Positions 24,001 to 37,408 are shown, numbered from the stretch's first letter. The stretch is 64,000 nucleotides of DNA from Azolla caroliniana (GCA_043228905.1 JBHGNT010000018.1:2542001-2606000), one strand, 5' to 3'. The notes: a model not told the origin generated them from the sequence alone. A program made the numbers and translations.

Positions 24001-27000
24001 TGCAAAGCTCGACTGTTATCCAAGGGTTAGACTTGGTTGAAGGAGGTTGATTTTGAAGAAGCCTCTGCCTTGGCAGCTTGCCCTGAAGGGTCCAGGCGGT
24101 GCTAGCAGTATGACAACCAAGGATTTCTCAATGTATCAGATTGATGTCGTATTCCTGCTCTTGAAAGGACATCTGAAAGAGGTTATTGTGGTGCAACTGC
24201 TAGGGTATGAGTCAAACAGGATATCTGAAAGCATTTGGAAGCTAATTCCGTAGACAAAGTCAAACAACGAGACACCAAGTCAGGGGGTAGTTTACTGGAG
24301 TGTGTTTATGTTTTAGGACAGTTTTGATTAACCAACACTTTTAGTTTCTTTTTGTGTTATTTCAAACCCTGAAGTATGTACTGGATACTGGATCTATCAG
24401 TATTGTCCTGTAGGTTGCATCAGCCTTCATGTAACATACACGTGTGTAAGTACATGTGTGTGGGAATCAACATACATTTACATACATATTTATACATGCA
24501 CATATATGAGAATCAATGAAAATGAATTTACACATTCCTACTTGAATATTTTATCAGGGACCTAGACAACACCTTAAATCAAATTAACAAGGCATGCAAG
24601 ATCTGCAATCTATTCGATATAGTAATCTTATTTTGTTAACATTGTACCACATTCTGCTATCCATAGTACCTAAATGGCAATATTTTTTCACATTGGCAAA
24701 CCTTGTTTCTACCATTGAAACAAATGTGATGATAGGAAAGGATTGTGGAAATACTCTTTAATGAGCATTAGGGCAAGAATCCTAGGGTGGAATGAAAGGA
24801 AGAAGTTTGAGGAGAGGAAAACTTGGCTAAACTTTATCAGGATAGCCATCGAAGAACCAAATTTTTGAAAAGAACAAAAATTTATATACAATGTGTAGTT
24901 GTTTTTCACTTTCTATTTCATGACTAGTTTCGATGTATGCAGGTGCTTAAATGTCTTGCTGACAAATCCTATCTGGGTTGTGGTGACACGAATGCAGGTA
25001 TGGTCGAATAATGCATCTTTTTTAGTTTTACATAAATGAAAGTTTTAAGGGAGATATTCATTTATTGTGTTTTCTTGTTCCAGACTTTCAAGCAAGCTCA
25101 AAAAATTGCTGCAAAGTCAATAATAAATGAGGGCTCCCTTGAACAAGATCCCTTGAATAAAAAGTCTTCAGCCAGTGTCGATAATTATGGTACAATTACT
25201 GCTGTAGGTGACTATTCTTTAGTCACGGAAACTTGTTTCTGAGACATTATCTAATTTGATTGAGAACATGTGATATGACACATCAAGTTATTAACTCGAA
25301 ATAGCTTGTCTACAAAGAATGGTCTATGTGTTTGTGTTTGCTATGGTGTATCTCTTTAGCATATGAATTTTCATATTCCAATTATTGTAAGCATTGAAAG
25401 ATGCCCACCTCTTGTTTAGATATGTGATCTCTATAATGAAGCTGGAATAAGAGGTTTCTGGAAAGGTGTATTGCCGACCTTGATTATGGTAAACTATATT
25501 TGCTCTTTATAGAAGTAAAAGTATGTGAACTACATTAAGAAAATAAAGATGCAAATGGTTAACAAGGAAAGTTTAAATGATGATGTATCTTAATTTGGTA
25601 TCAGGTGAGCAACCCATCAATACAGTTTATGTTGTATGAGGGCATGCTTAAACATCTGAAGAAAAGACGGATGTTGAATAAGAAAGAGTCAGTTGATATT
25701 ACCGCATTAGAGGTTAGATTCCTTTTCTCTTAGGGATGTTGACAAGATTAGTTTTTTAGTATGTTGTCTTAATTGGATTGGCCTGGGTATCTGTGACTGT
25801 TTCCATGGATCTATAAGAACATTTCTGTTTTCCTTGAGCCCCGATTATTGTGCAGTATAGATCATGCACTATTCTCATCTTACAATGTCTGTATGGATAT
25901 ATACGCATATACAAATATACACATATATAGGTTTCTTAAACTTTTGTCAAATGCTAAAAGTGGAACCTGAAGATTCTCCAAAAATGTGTTATTGGCATGT
26001 TTACTTTCTGCTAATATAAGTGCACTGTTAAAATTTGATAGGTATTTTTGCTAGGAGCAATCGCAAAGCTTGGAGCTACAGTTGCAACGTATCCATTACT
26101 TGTAGTCAAGGTGAAAAATATGAATTCATTACTTGCATCCATGCAAAAACTTTATATATACCAACTGACAATGTAATCCAATGGCCACACAACCTATCTT
26201 CCTTCTTTTGTATTATATTGCTGTATATTCACCCCTTCCTGAATTTTGAGTTTTTGATCGCATTCTCTTGGTCTATCATCTAGTTATGGTTGGCTGTTCA
26301 TCTGACTGTTTAACCTCTAACTTGTGTGATTAATTGGCAGTCACGGCTCCAAGCAAAGCAAGTGCTGGGAGGAGATAAAATGCAGCAATATTCTGGTATT
26401 TCTTCTTTACTACCCATTTGATTTATTTCAGGATCTTCATTGATTTTAGGTTTATAACAAAGACAGACAATTTAATTTAATGCTTACATAATATTCCAAT
26501 GAGATTTATCAATTGCAAATTAACACACCAGATTAAAAAATAAAGGGAAATTTTGAAATAATCAGTCCAACGTTTTTTAGTTGAAAGATAAAAATCTGGA
26601 TTTGTTTCTGAAATCTGTGGTTTACATTTACATTTTTACGGGGAAGAGGAAGGCTGATCACTCATATGGTAAAGAGATATATCATTTCTGGAATCAGTAT
26701 AAGAGACAAATCATTAGCATTCCGCACTGTGTCTGAAGAAAATTTGGATCTATACTTGAATGAGCTTATGATTTGGTGAAAGATGAGAGATACACCAGTG
26801 TGGCATATAGTTTAGGAGAAGTGATATATGGTGTAACAAAGATGTGTGACACTAGGGATTTGAACCCATGGCCATTTGTTGATAGCCTAATAGCTTGCCA
26901 CTAGAATAAGGCCATTATTTTGAAAAATAAAAGGAGATAAAGTGTTCAAAGTTGTAACTCAGTTGGTAAGATTGTCTGCTGGAGACCAGATGGTCATGTG

Positions 27001-28597
27001 TCCAGCCCCTACATTCCACAATGACAGAGAGAGTAAAATCAGTGCACATAGTGAGATTTTCCTGGGTGCATGGGTTAGTAAAAACATGGCTTGCCAGTTG
27101 GGTACAAGACTAATATGAAAAATAGAGAGAGGGCCATGTGTTCGAGTTAGATATGTTGGCACATTTAAGATCCTCAAGTTAGATATATTGTAACTTGTCT
27201 TCGAAAGATCTCTAGCATAGGTCGATCCAGAATGGAGAGGTCTCTGAAGCAAGGGAAGCACCTGTGATGGTGGGAGATAATGGCCTTTATTTGTCGATGT
27301 CAAGGGTGGTGAGATCGTGGTTCATGTGGCTGGGGCTTACGTGCACGACAAATTGCTATTGCCAGATCTATTGTAACCTTTTTGTTATTAGGAATGATGG
27401 TGATAAAGGAACTTGTGATTGTTCCGAGTTTATGAGCTTGTGTGACTGTATTGTTGTCCTTCAACAATTTTTTCCTGTGTTTCTTGAGTCATAGAAAGAA
27501 AAGTCCTATGCATCGTTGGTTCGTATATTCCATTACCTTGCATAGTGGGCCAAAGCCTTGTTTAAAGAGGCAAAGGTATCTCCCTCTTATTTCATAAAAG
27601 ACACTACAATGACAAACATAATGTTCTTCGGATTCCACACAAATTCTTTTTTCTAGAGGTATTTGTGCATATCTGCCTATCTAAATCTCTAACTGATGTG
27701 ATGAAGTTTGCAGATGCCCTATCACATTGTGCAGCGCCTAGAATAGATGTATGCCCATTTAAGATGGCATGGTGATGAATCCATCCTCCGTGTGTGTAAA
27801 ATGTGTCTTATAGTGGGCCATCTTCGTACCAAGTGATATTTTGGGGCTGATCCATGTTATCTTGTTTTCCAAGTTAATAATATCAGTTCGGATCACTTTA
27901 TTCTTTTCCACTTTGTCATGCTGATGGGGAGAGTCCAGGCTATATTGGAACGAGGGTAGTGCATTTATGCTTATGCCGTGTGACTGGAACCATTGTTGCA
28001 TTGCAGCATACCAACAATGAATGCCTCCATGTTCAGCCGGTTGTCTTGATGACATAAGTGCCAACCTTGAGTACCTTCCTTCAGGGAGCTTTCAAGACAT
28101 TGTATACTGGTCGCTGATCGGAATAATGTCTTGGTGATTATAGGGGCTGCCCCCATCTCTGCCCAAATTATATATTGATGTCTTTCAAGATGTCAAATTG
28201 GTCTATGAGAGAGATATATTGATGTCTTTTAAGATGTCAAACTGGTCTATGAGAGACCAAAAGAGGGATTAAAACATAGAATGTTAGTCTCATCTCGGAT
28301 AACAAACCAAAATAAATATAACTAGATTAGTAAAACTAGCAAAGATATCAGATATTCCCTTGAGCTAAGCATGTCCATGAGCTTGTGTTTATCATCACTT
28401 CAGGTACTTTTGATGCCATATTGAAGATTATCAGATTCGAAGGTATTGGTGGCTTCTATAAAGGCATGGGAACAAAAATATTGCAAAGTGTCTTTGCTGC
28501 AGCTGTTCTCTTTATGGTGAAGGAAGAGCTGGTTAAGACTGCACGACTCCTAGTAACTAAGAAAGTTCCATTGAAGTACATACCAATTGCCAAATGA
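18056..28597 (+). CDS. PXN: Peroxisomal NAD+ carrier (mitochondrial carrier family), 11 exons
   Basis: Exons 18056-18136, 19374-19490, 19576-19650, 19740-19870, 24943-24997, 25084-25203, 25420-25488, 25605-25712, 26042-26110, 26341-26395, 28404-28597. Motifs MSDALVNGLAGAGGGIIAQVLTYPLQAVNTRQQTER, NVLLTNPIWVVVTRMQ, VSNPSIQFMLYE, TYPLLVVKSRLQAKQ, GFYKGMGTKILQSVFAAAVLFMVKEELVK. Confidence 0.92.
18340..19180. repeat. Degenerate ~120-bp tandem repeat in PXN intron 1
   Basis: TGGATTCTTTTCA at 18524, 18643 and 18764, with weaker copies near 18350, 19015 and 19130, usually followed by ...GGTGATG...TTGAGCC...ATGAAGAAAA. Confidence 0.6.
22110..24250 (+). mobile_element. Heavily decayed and deleted Ty1/Copia relic in PXN intron 4
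   Basis: Collinear fragments: gag start GKLEGANYTF..KFKFKIILYVNGLLDLV (~22120-22250), integrase-like APYS..HNG..E (~23740), and RT VIGTR*V..KCKARLLSKG..VDFEE plus MYQIDV..LKGHLKE (~23970-24200). Confidence 0.6.
23069..23299. repeat. 121-bp tandem duplication (2 copies)
   Basis: GTTGAGAACTGTGCAACT...GCAAGACTTGTTA at 23069 and 23190. Confidence 0.9.
26845..26913 (-). mobile_element. tRNA-derived SINE-like head (Pol III A/B boxes) in PXN intron 10
   Basis: Minus strand: A-box-like TATTCTAGTGG (26908-26898) and B-box GGTTCAAATCC (26866-26856) at tRNA-like spacing. Confidence 0.45.
27170..28165 (-). mobile_element. 5'-truncated non-LTR retrotransposon (LINE) 3' fragment in PXN intron 10
   Basis: The minus frame reads ...IGHLQTSSHQLEI*IGRYAQIPLEKRIC..VESEEHYVCHCSVFYEIRGRY..., the post-RT C-terminal Cys/His region of RTE/L2-like LINEs, with stops. 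Confidence 0.75.
28170..28256. repeat. ~44-bp tandem duplication next to the LINE 5' truncation point
   Basis: ATATATTGATGTCTTTYAAGATGTCAAAYTGGTCTATGAGAGA occurs twice. Confidence 0.85.
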
Positions 28598-30186
28598 TTC
28601 TTTTGAAATTGTTGATAATAATAATAGTTCAAGCCTTTCTATTCCCAACATGGAGTACTTGAATCATATATTTTATAAACATTGTAGAAAAAGTTTCAAA
28701 TTGAAAACCTAATCGTTGAACACTTCAATTTCAATTGTGTATGAGTACAAGTATGGTTGCCTTGCATTGGTGAAAGAAATTCGTCAAATGTTACATCGTA
28801 CAAGCAAACATATGATGCAATGACTAGTATGCTTGTTGATATAAAACTAATGATTAGTTGGATCGAGTACGAGTTTTTTAAAAGGCATGCAAATGTGATG
28901 CAAGCAATTTTGTTCAAACAAAAGTAGAAACATCAGCATTTTTTAACATGAATTTAAATCAATAAAGGCGACATTGACTTAAGGATTTGTAAATCACTTA
29001 TCTTAAAGAAATCAAATACTTGAGTATCGTTACCCTATTGTTTCTCAACAAGTTTATTTATTACCCTTTTGTCTCAAATATTGCAGTCCTTCCAAAGTGT
29101 AACAAAAGGCTCAATCAATACTTGACACATAAGAGAACATCAAAGAATAAAAATATTGCAATGTCTCTCAAACATGCATGTAAGCAATTATTTATAAGCA
29201 ATGAATATCTAGTTTTTGTTCTCTAGTGACAAGTTGCAATTACCACATCGAAGATAAGAAACTTTTTAATTCAAGCTTTATTTGTTTCGTCATCCTCGAT
29301 TGGAAAAGCTTTTAAAACGTTATCCATTAGCCCTTTACAACATCATTGTATGTCATGGTCTTAAAAAGCCAAGAATATGTCACTAGAAAATATCGAGTTG
29401 ATCGTGATTGTCTTTTGTAGAAAAAGATAGAGATAAATGTAGAGCAATGTAGGCTTACATATTTCTCTTTTGAACATTGGTTTCTTAAATGCCTATGTTT
29501 AGATAACGAGGATAAGCGATTAGCTCGGCATAACTACATCTACGATGATATTTTCTTGGGATTGCAACAAAAAGAGGACATACTTATGCTATACAAGTGT
29601 TATGGTTGGGGTAGGTGAATGAGCCAAGGAATTTTTTTTGTTTGAAGCAACAAGCATAACCATTCGTGAGTGGAAAGGTCTGAAATTTGCCGCATTTGCA
29701 AATATGCAAAGTATTATCGACTCAACCAAATATGAGCCTTTTTATTATGTAGAAGAAAATGATCTCTTATTCAAGATCTAAACAAGAAGTCGATCCCACA
29801 TTTGCAATTTAACAATACATGATGCAATATGTATATTTATATAAGTATCCAAAAACACGAGATTTGTCCTTTTATATAGATTTATTGTTTTATGCATATA
29901 AAGTATCTAGAAAAAGAACCCATGATATTTACGTTGCATCGAAATGAATGCATAATCAACTGGAAGTTAGAAACCACTAGCTCACCTTTGAACATGGGAA
30001 ACTCATCCCGTGGGCAAAATAGCTTGACATGCTTTTGCAACCATCTCCAAAACATAAGGAGGTAGAGTTGCTCGATGATGAATGGGTCCTCAAGAGAAAG
30101 AGTGGGTTGATTTCCTTTTTGATGAAGTAAAAAAAATGCACAACTTTGACACGTGGAATTGTGTAATGAGTGGATATTTGATCCAG

Positions 30187-30242
30187 AAACCGAACCAAAC
30201 CAAACCAAACCAAACCAAACTGAACCAAACCAAACCAAACCA
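30187..30242. repeat. (AAACC)n pentanucleotide repeat
   Basis: Read directly from the sequence. Confidence 0.85.
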
Positions 30243-30642
30243 ATGAGTGCAAAGGTGTCGGATCACTTATATAAATATCCAAAACATGAGGCTTATTTTT
30301 GCATGTAGATTTGGTAGGGGCACTCCGTAGAAATATGCAAAAACTTGGTGTGTGTGTTTTTGTTTTGCTTGTATAGAGAGAGAGATATGGATTTTGGCTT
30401 CTATACATATGTATAGAAATATTGTGGTTTCTCAAGAGCTCTGTTTCTCAAGAGCATAGAAAGAGAGAAAAAGAGAAAAAGAGGAACAGAACAAAAATGA
30501 ATTTGATTTCAAATGCTCTCTCTGTCTCTGTCTCTGTCTCTGTCTCTGCAGGAACATTGTGATGAAATGGTGGCTATGGTGAGAAACCAGATTCTTGTTT
30601 TTTCAAAATCCATTAGAGAACACTCACACTCACACTCATTCA

Positions 30643-30673
<31 letters not shown>

Positions 30674-30829
30674 GCACGCACGCACGCACATCTTGCATAG
30701 ATGAATGTGATGAACTACTATTAAGAAATCTACTATTACCCTTTAGTACATTTTCTTGAGGTCCTTCTGTGCAGAACACTTGGGGAAAAAGAGAAAACAA
30801 AACAGAGGCCTGTTGATTCTACCAAATTT

Positions 30830-32500
30830 CTGTTGAAGTGATGTCAGTTTTTGTCGATATCTACTGCGGAGACTTGAAAGGGGTTAATTTGATGCATTCA
30901 AGTTCACATCCAGGTTTTTCTTCTTTGTGAAAACTACCATTGTAGTACAGTTTTAAGATGTTTCGGTACAGAAGTTTGAAAAAACCAAGATTGTTTGCAA
31001 CTTTGCAACTCTTTTCAGCAACTTTCCTGGTGTAGGTTATGCAGAATTTCAGTTTTTGTGATGTGGATTTTAGTTTTTATTCACTGTAGAGAAACTTATT
31101 AGCGATTTCTAGATGGGAACTTGAGTTCAAATTCAGCCTTTATTAGAGTAAGCTACTGTTTAGTTACAAAAATTGAGCCAGATCTAACAAACAGATTAGT
31201 CATTCAAACAAAGGAATCCGATGCATTCCAGTTCATATTTGAGTTTTTATGAAAAACAAGCTACAATTTTAATACAAATTTGAGCGTTGAGGAAAAGTGG
31301 AAAGCTTTAATAGACTCAATTAGATGACTTTCATGATTAACGTGGGTTAAACAATGCCAGTATTTACTTCTGGGTTGCCCTCTATATCTGCAATATTACT
31401 GTGAGGAAAATTGATACATTCTGGTCTCTCTTTAAGGAAGCTACAAATTGATTACAACAATCGTATTTCAAGGGTTTTCTTTGATTTGAAACAGAACTCT
31501 TTCAGTCCTAATCAACACGTTGAGACATGAGGAACAGAATTTCAGTATTTTCTGCGTGAGTTGCACTCTCTATCTGCTACAGGGGAACTTTGTAGTGATT
31601 TCAGAAATGGGAATTGATGTGTTCAAGCTCAAAACTAGTCTTTTTCTTTCTGCAAGCTACTGTTTAAGAACAAAATTGAGCTTTTCTGTCGACAACTTTC
31701 TGCTCTGGGTCTTACGGAAGTGCAGTTTTTGTGAAGTGGGTTGAAATCTATATTTGAGTCTATAGAGCAACTCTGCCAATATCCATTAAAGATAAATTGA
31801 TGCACTTGAGTACAAATCCAGCTTTTTCTTTGAGAAAGCTAATGTTTTAGGACAATGTGGCATTTTTTGATGTGAAAACTGGAAAAACTAAGCTGGATGC
31901 CCATCAATTTGTTTAGTTGCAATCCAGTCCAAACACACGAATTGAGTTACCTGGAGTTGTAGTTTTTGTGATGTGATTTGCAGTTTATACCTATTAGAAA
32001 GTAATTCTGCAGTAATTTCTGAAACAGGCATCCAAGCTCAAGTCCACGTTTTTCTTTAAGCAAACCACTGTTTCAGTACGTTTTTTAGTTTTGATAAGAA
32101 AAGCAGAACACCATGGGTTCGTATTGACTTGAGACAACTTTTGTGATTGGTTATACAGAGTTTTTATTGTTGTCTATATCTGGTATAGATTAAATCTACA
32201 CTGACATCTGCCCTAGAGTATAAACCTGTGTTTTCCTTTTAGAACACTACTAATTTAGTAGAAATTTGAGATTTTTTTACTTGAAGACTAGAAAAACAGA
32301 ACTCTTTCTACATAATGCAAACAAATTCTCTAATGCAGGCCTCATAAAATTGCACTTTTGTGATGTGGTTGCAGTCTATATATATTTTAGGATAGCTTTC
32401 TAACGTTTCCGACTGAAAGGGAGATTGCTTCACTCGAGTTCAAATCCAAGCTGTTCTTCAAGCAAGCAACTATTTTAGTATATTTTGTAGGATTTTCAAC
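30830..32500. repeat. Old ~200-240 bp tandem repeat array upstream of the first coding exon (probable 5'UTR intron) of the GPI-anchored gene
   Basis: CAGTTTTTGTGATGTG-like motif at ~30845, 31050, 31722, 31960 and 32353; TTGAGTTCAAATCCAG..TTTT..AAGCTAC-like motif at ~30897, 31121, 31622, 31807, 32033 and 32436. Confidence 0.6.
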
Positions 32501-32662
32501 AGAGAGAAGAAATGGAAGGGTGAACATGGTTTGGGCTATGCCAGGAGGAAATCGATTTGTGAATGTCTGAAATTGGGATATTCTGCGGTTCTCCATCCTT
32601 TTTCTTAGAGATTCAGCTGTTCAGCTATATTATTTGTACTTGCGTTATGCGTTTTCAGTGCA

Positions 32663-35600
32663 ATGAAGAATTGCCGCTATTGCTTCCAGATTTCAATCCA
32701 CTTATCCTGTAAGGTTCTTACCTTTTCTGTTTGTTTAATTGAATTAACATAATGGCCTACAAATGTACATGTTTCTCTCTGATATTCATCTAAGCCTGTT
32801 ATGAGCCTATGCATAACTATTTTATTTATGTAATTTAAGCTTAGCATAAGCCCATTAGCTTTTAGCATATACATAGCTTAACTATTAGTTAAACTTTTGG
32901 GACGTGGGCAGTGATTGACCTACTGCAGCGTAGATGGCTACGTCATAGACATTGACATAAGATATGTGGGAATGTAAAGGGCTACCCACTCTTATGCACC
33001 AGTTCATCATCATCATTATTTATGGTTAGTGAACTCTCTCTAAGCTATGCATGACCTCCATCTGAGTTGTAGTCTACAACTTGGCCATTAGTATTGTGCA
33101 CATGGAACCCAAGGTACTTGCTAGATGTTGTTGCACCCCTGCTTGGGCGATAAATGATTGGGTGCATGTTTTATTGATTTCATCATGTTTGCTAGGTTAA
33201 TTATATGATTAGGAAATTTTGGTCCCAAGAATGTTTCAGTTGATAAGAAGTTAAGATAGAATAGAGACGTCAAACTATAGATACCTGGCAACTCGCAACA
33301 GCAGAATAATTGATTTAATCATGTTTATTAGGTTAATCATATAATTAGGAAAATTTGACCCCAACAATGTTTGATTGTAGTGAGAGAATCAGTTGATAAG
33401 AATTTAAGATAGTCACACACAACAGAATGAATAGAGAAGTTAAAGTATGGATAGGGTGGAAACTCCCAACAGAAGAATAATTGATTTAAGAATGCAAGAT
33501 AGAGACAACTGGAGAGGAAACTCTGAAATACAGATACTTGATAAAAAGGAACAGAGAATTTATAGGTCACGACCTTCCCTGCTGACATGGAAATGAGGCC
33601 ACAAATATGTATATGAGTGTTGATTTATGATTTATAGATGCTTCCTTTTGGGTTTGTTTTATTGTAGGTGTGGTGGGACGAATGAAAGTGTTCTTGTTTG
33701 TACTATTTCTTTCATACCCAGTGAGCTTCACCTGTGTCCAGGGAGCTACTTTCTTAGAAGAATACAACGGCTCATATTTAGGCACATGGAACACAGCTGC
33801 CCCAAGCCTATCTCCACTCCTACCAGCCTCGCCACAATATCCAATGCTACCAAATGGTTCCGTTCCTCTACTGTCAGGTAAACGATCTTTATTTAGATGT
33901 ACAAACAACACACTCATTTTATAAGTGACATTTTTCAATTATGGAAGGCTGAAGAAGATGTTCTGCTTCTTCTGCAGATATATGTGGTCTCAAGATATCA
34001 TCCATTAAAGAAATTCTTACTAGAACAGCAGAAGATTGCACAGCTCCTCTGGCAAAGTATGTTGGGAATGCCATATGTTGCCCTCAGTTTAAGAGCATGT
34101 TACAGATATTTAAGGGAGAGCATAGTTTCATATCAGGTTCTTTGGTCTTGAATAATTCAGATGCAATCGAGTGTATTGCTGAAATTATGAGTGTTCTTAT
34201 TGAAAATGGTGCCAATACAAGCATCACTGAGCTATGTAATATTCAGCCAACAAATATGACAGGGGGTCTGTGTCCTGTAACAAGTGTGAAGAAGTTTGAA
34301 CAAATCGTTGATACAAACAAGTTACTGAATGCATGCTCAATAGTTGACCCATTAACAGAGTGTTGTAATGCCATCTGCCAACCAGCTATCACTGATGCTG
34401 CTGTACGATTAATGTCAAATTCGAGTACTCTTAACCTTCAACAACTAGTAAATGATTGTGAAGGCATTGTGTATGCTTGGTTAGCTAGAGAATTGGGTCT
34501 GGAGGTGTCAATTTCCGCATTTCGTATCCTATACAACTGTAAAGTCAATCAAGGTACATCTCAAAACTGGAATATCAATCACAATATTTCTGGTTGATTA
34601 GGGCTCAGCAATTTAATATTAAAATATACTAATGATCAAGTGAGAAACAATAAACTCTGATTTTCTCTTGATCAAGTGTTTCAGGAACTCTGATTTTAAA
34701 TAGTACCTAATTGCATCTCGTAGTTTATTGAAGATGTTTTGTTTGAAAATGATAAATGATTCCTGTGACAAAGTGAGAGTTGCTCTGACCAAGATGTTGA
34801 ACCACTATCGTTTTCATCCAAAGCTCCTGAAAATATGCATGTCTTTGTAGTATACTGATTGTTGCATATCCCTGAATCAGTTGGTTCCTGGTCAAATGAA
34901 CTGATGTGAACCTCCCCAATATGCTTGCAAAATTGATCTCCAGAAAAAACATGAGTGCCATATCACACCTATATCTCTGCATGAATAGGTGGAATGGGTC
35001 CCAATCTTGTGCCTTGTTGTAGGTGTGTAATGTATTGCTCATTGATCTTATGGTACAAGAATATGCTGATGTTAGAGTGTTGTATAGTGGAGATGTGTGT
35101 GGTAAAATGTGTCCAGTCGAGGTGCAATTGATCCATGTAGTAACAATCCCTGGCATAAATGTGGGCAAGGTCATATGGGGGGTGTGGGTTAGGTATGGCA
35201 GCAACATAAACTCATGTGATATTGCATGATATGTATGGTATTATATGCATAACCTCTAGGTTCTGTAGATCTATTAGCAATGAGCATTATAAGCAACAAA
35301 AAATAATGTCACTTGTATAATTGCTTGTAAAAAAAGAGCGGGTAAAACAATGTGTATGAAATCCAAACATTGTTGGATATTTGATCTTACACAATAACTT
35401 TAAGCCCAGGATTATTGGATGAATTTGCAGTATGTCCTCTCATATTCAATGATAACACATCATCAGTATCAACAGCATGTAGTGGGAATTCTCCATCCAA
35501 ATCCAAATGCTGCACTGCTCTTTCAGCATATACCTCAACTCTTCAACAACAAATGCTTATTACAAATATGCAAGCTCTTGAATGTGTCACATTGTTTGCC

Positions 35601-36411
35601 TCCATGTTAAAGAAGGAAGGAGTCGTGGCGAACATATATAACATTTGTCAGGTTGACTTGAAAGATTTTAGCCTGCAAGGTAAGAAAAATCATTTGTTGG
35701 AATGTTATTGTAGTATCTCTTTAAACAAGATTGTTTTAACATTTGCTTCTTTTTTGTGTTTTGTTTTGGCCATGGTTTATGCAAATATATTTGTGGGGTG
35801 TTTTGATGCTTAAAACTAGTTTACGGACAACAAGGTAAAAAGAGACATGACCCTTGATGAATGTCGATTAATATTATATAAAACATACCAACATTTTGTT
35901 TTATTGTTTCAGGTTGTTTGCTTAGATCGATACCCAGTGACATTGTCTATGACAATGTTTCTGGAATCAGCTTTACATGTGATTTGAATGACAACATTCC
36001 AGCTCCTTGGCCTCTGTCTACTTCTTTATCATCTTTCCCACTATGTGCCAATCGTAAGATCCTTTGATACCTGGGAATTTTTTATTCGTTTTTTGTGCTA
36101 ATATATAAAAACCAAAATTAAAAAAAAAAAACTAAAGAATATATGTATATATTAATGATGAATTTTATTAATGCAGGGGAGACATTGCCTGCTCTGCCTA
36201 TGCTTCATACATCTGGGAACCCTGGTAATTCATCTTGTTCCTTATTGCCAATCTTTGTTAAAAAACGTAGAAGTTTAGAAATAATGACAATTCCTCATTG
36301 CAAGCAATCACAGGAACATTCATCCAAGTTCAAGCTTTGAAAAATCTCGACAGCCTGCTTTTCATAGCCCTGGGATGGGTTTTTGCTCTAATCACTTCTC
36401 TACATACTTAA
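32663..36411 (+). CDS. GPI-anchored protein, At1g61900-like (SPARK-domain family)
   Basis: Exons 32663-32708 (start inferred; alternative ATG at 33682), 33668-33877, 33978-34553, 35431-35679, 35820-35834, 35913-36053, 36177-36224, 36314-36411. Signal peptide; motifs YVGNAICCPQF, QPTNMTGGLCPV, DLKDFSLQVYGQQGCLLRSIPSD, SFTCDLNDNIPAPWP; hydrophobic C-terminal tail. Confidence 0.87.
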
Positions 36412-37365
36412 ATCAAAAGGCAACACTATATCATATAACAAATAGATAACAGCTTCACACTAGGTTTTGCCTATGTATATGTGTGTATGTATAGTAAATT
36501 TTTACTACCATGTATGAAACAGCAAATATATACAAAATGGCATCCTTTTTGGGGAGGTCTTTTACACCTTTAAAGTTAAAATGTTTCTATTTTGCATATG
36601 GACTCAACAAAAAATACCCAATTTTTTCTCTGATCGATTTTCGTTCTGCACCCCATAACTATTGACAACGACAGTATCCTTTTTGTCTTGTTGATATTGA
36701 CTTAATGATTTGGCTTCCTCAATGGGCAATGTGCCATGTTCCTCTCACAACTCATACATAACCTGTTTAGCTTTGATTGTAACTAATATGTATTATTCAC
36801 CTTCTTGTTGATAGGATGTAAATTTGGAAGTAGAAGGGTGAGGTTATTATGATCATAATGACAACTTTTTAATCAATTTTACATTTAATATTGAAAATGT
36901 GAGATGAAATCGTAATGATTAGGTTGAGTTTGATTCTTTTCTAAAGTTCATTCTTGACCAAACTTCATATATTGTTCGTAATACCAATGATTATGTTGAA
37001 TTTTATTCTTTTGCTAAATGGCATTCTTACCAGTGTTTTAAGTTTATGTTTCTATGTTCATAACATAAACTTAAAATGTAGACAACCATAAACCCTAAAC
37101 ACCATTCATAGGTGTATTGCGTCCAATGTAGAAAAAATGTATACAATTCTCTCTCTCTCTCTCTCTAACATAAAAAGAAATATTGCCTATTCTATTCTAT
37201 TCTCTCTATGGTTACTAGCTTGGTGGTTTACATTGTAACATCAAAGTCATAAAATTGAGAGAACTCAAGTTTATTCCTCACCATTGTTAGGCCTTGTTCC
37301 ATCAATTGCAATCGGTCTCCCATGGACATACACACATGATAATGGGTTTAGGTTTTTTTTGGTGG

Positions 37366-37368
<3 letters not shown>

Positions 37369-37406
<38 letters not shown>
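37369..37406. repeat. (CT)n microsatellite
   Basis: Read directly from the sequence. Confidence 0.9.

Positions 37407-37408
<2 letters not shown>

Noticed and set aside
29835-30312. ~45-bp direct repeats around the (AAACC)n tract as a possible TRIM
   Set aside because: No TG...CA ends, PBS or PPT; AT-rich and too diverged.
34725-35229. ORFs of 160 aa (-) and 68 aa (+) in a GPI-gene intron
   Set aside because: No recognisable domain; probably decayed TE or chance.
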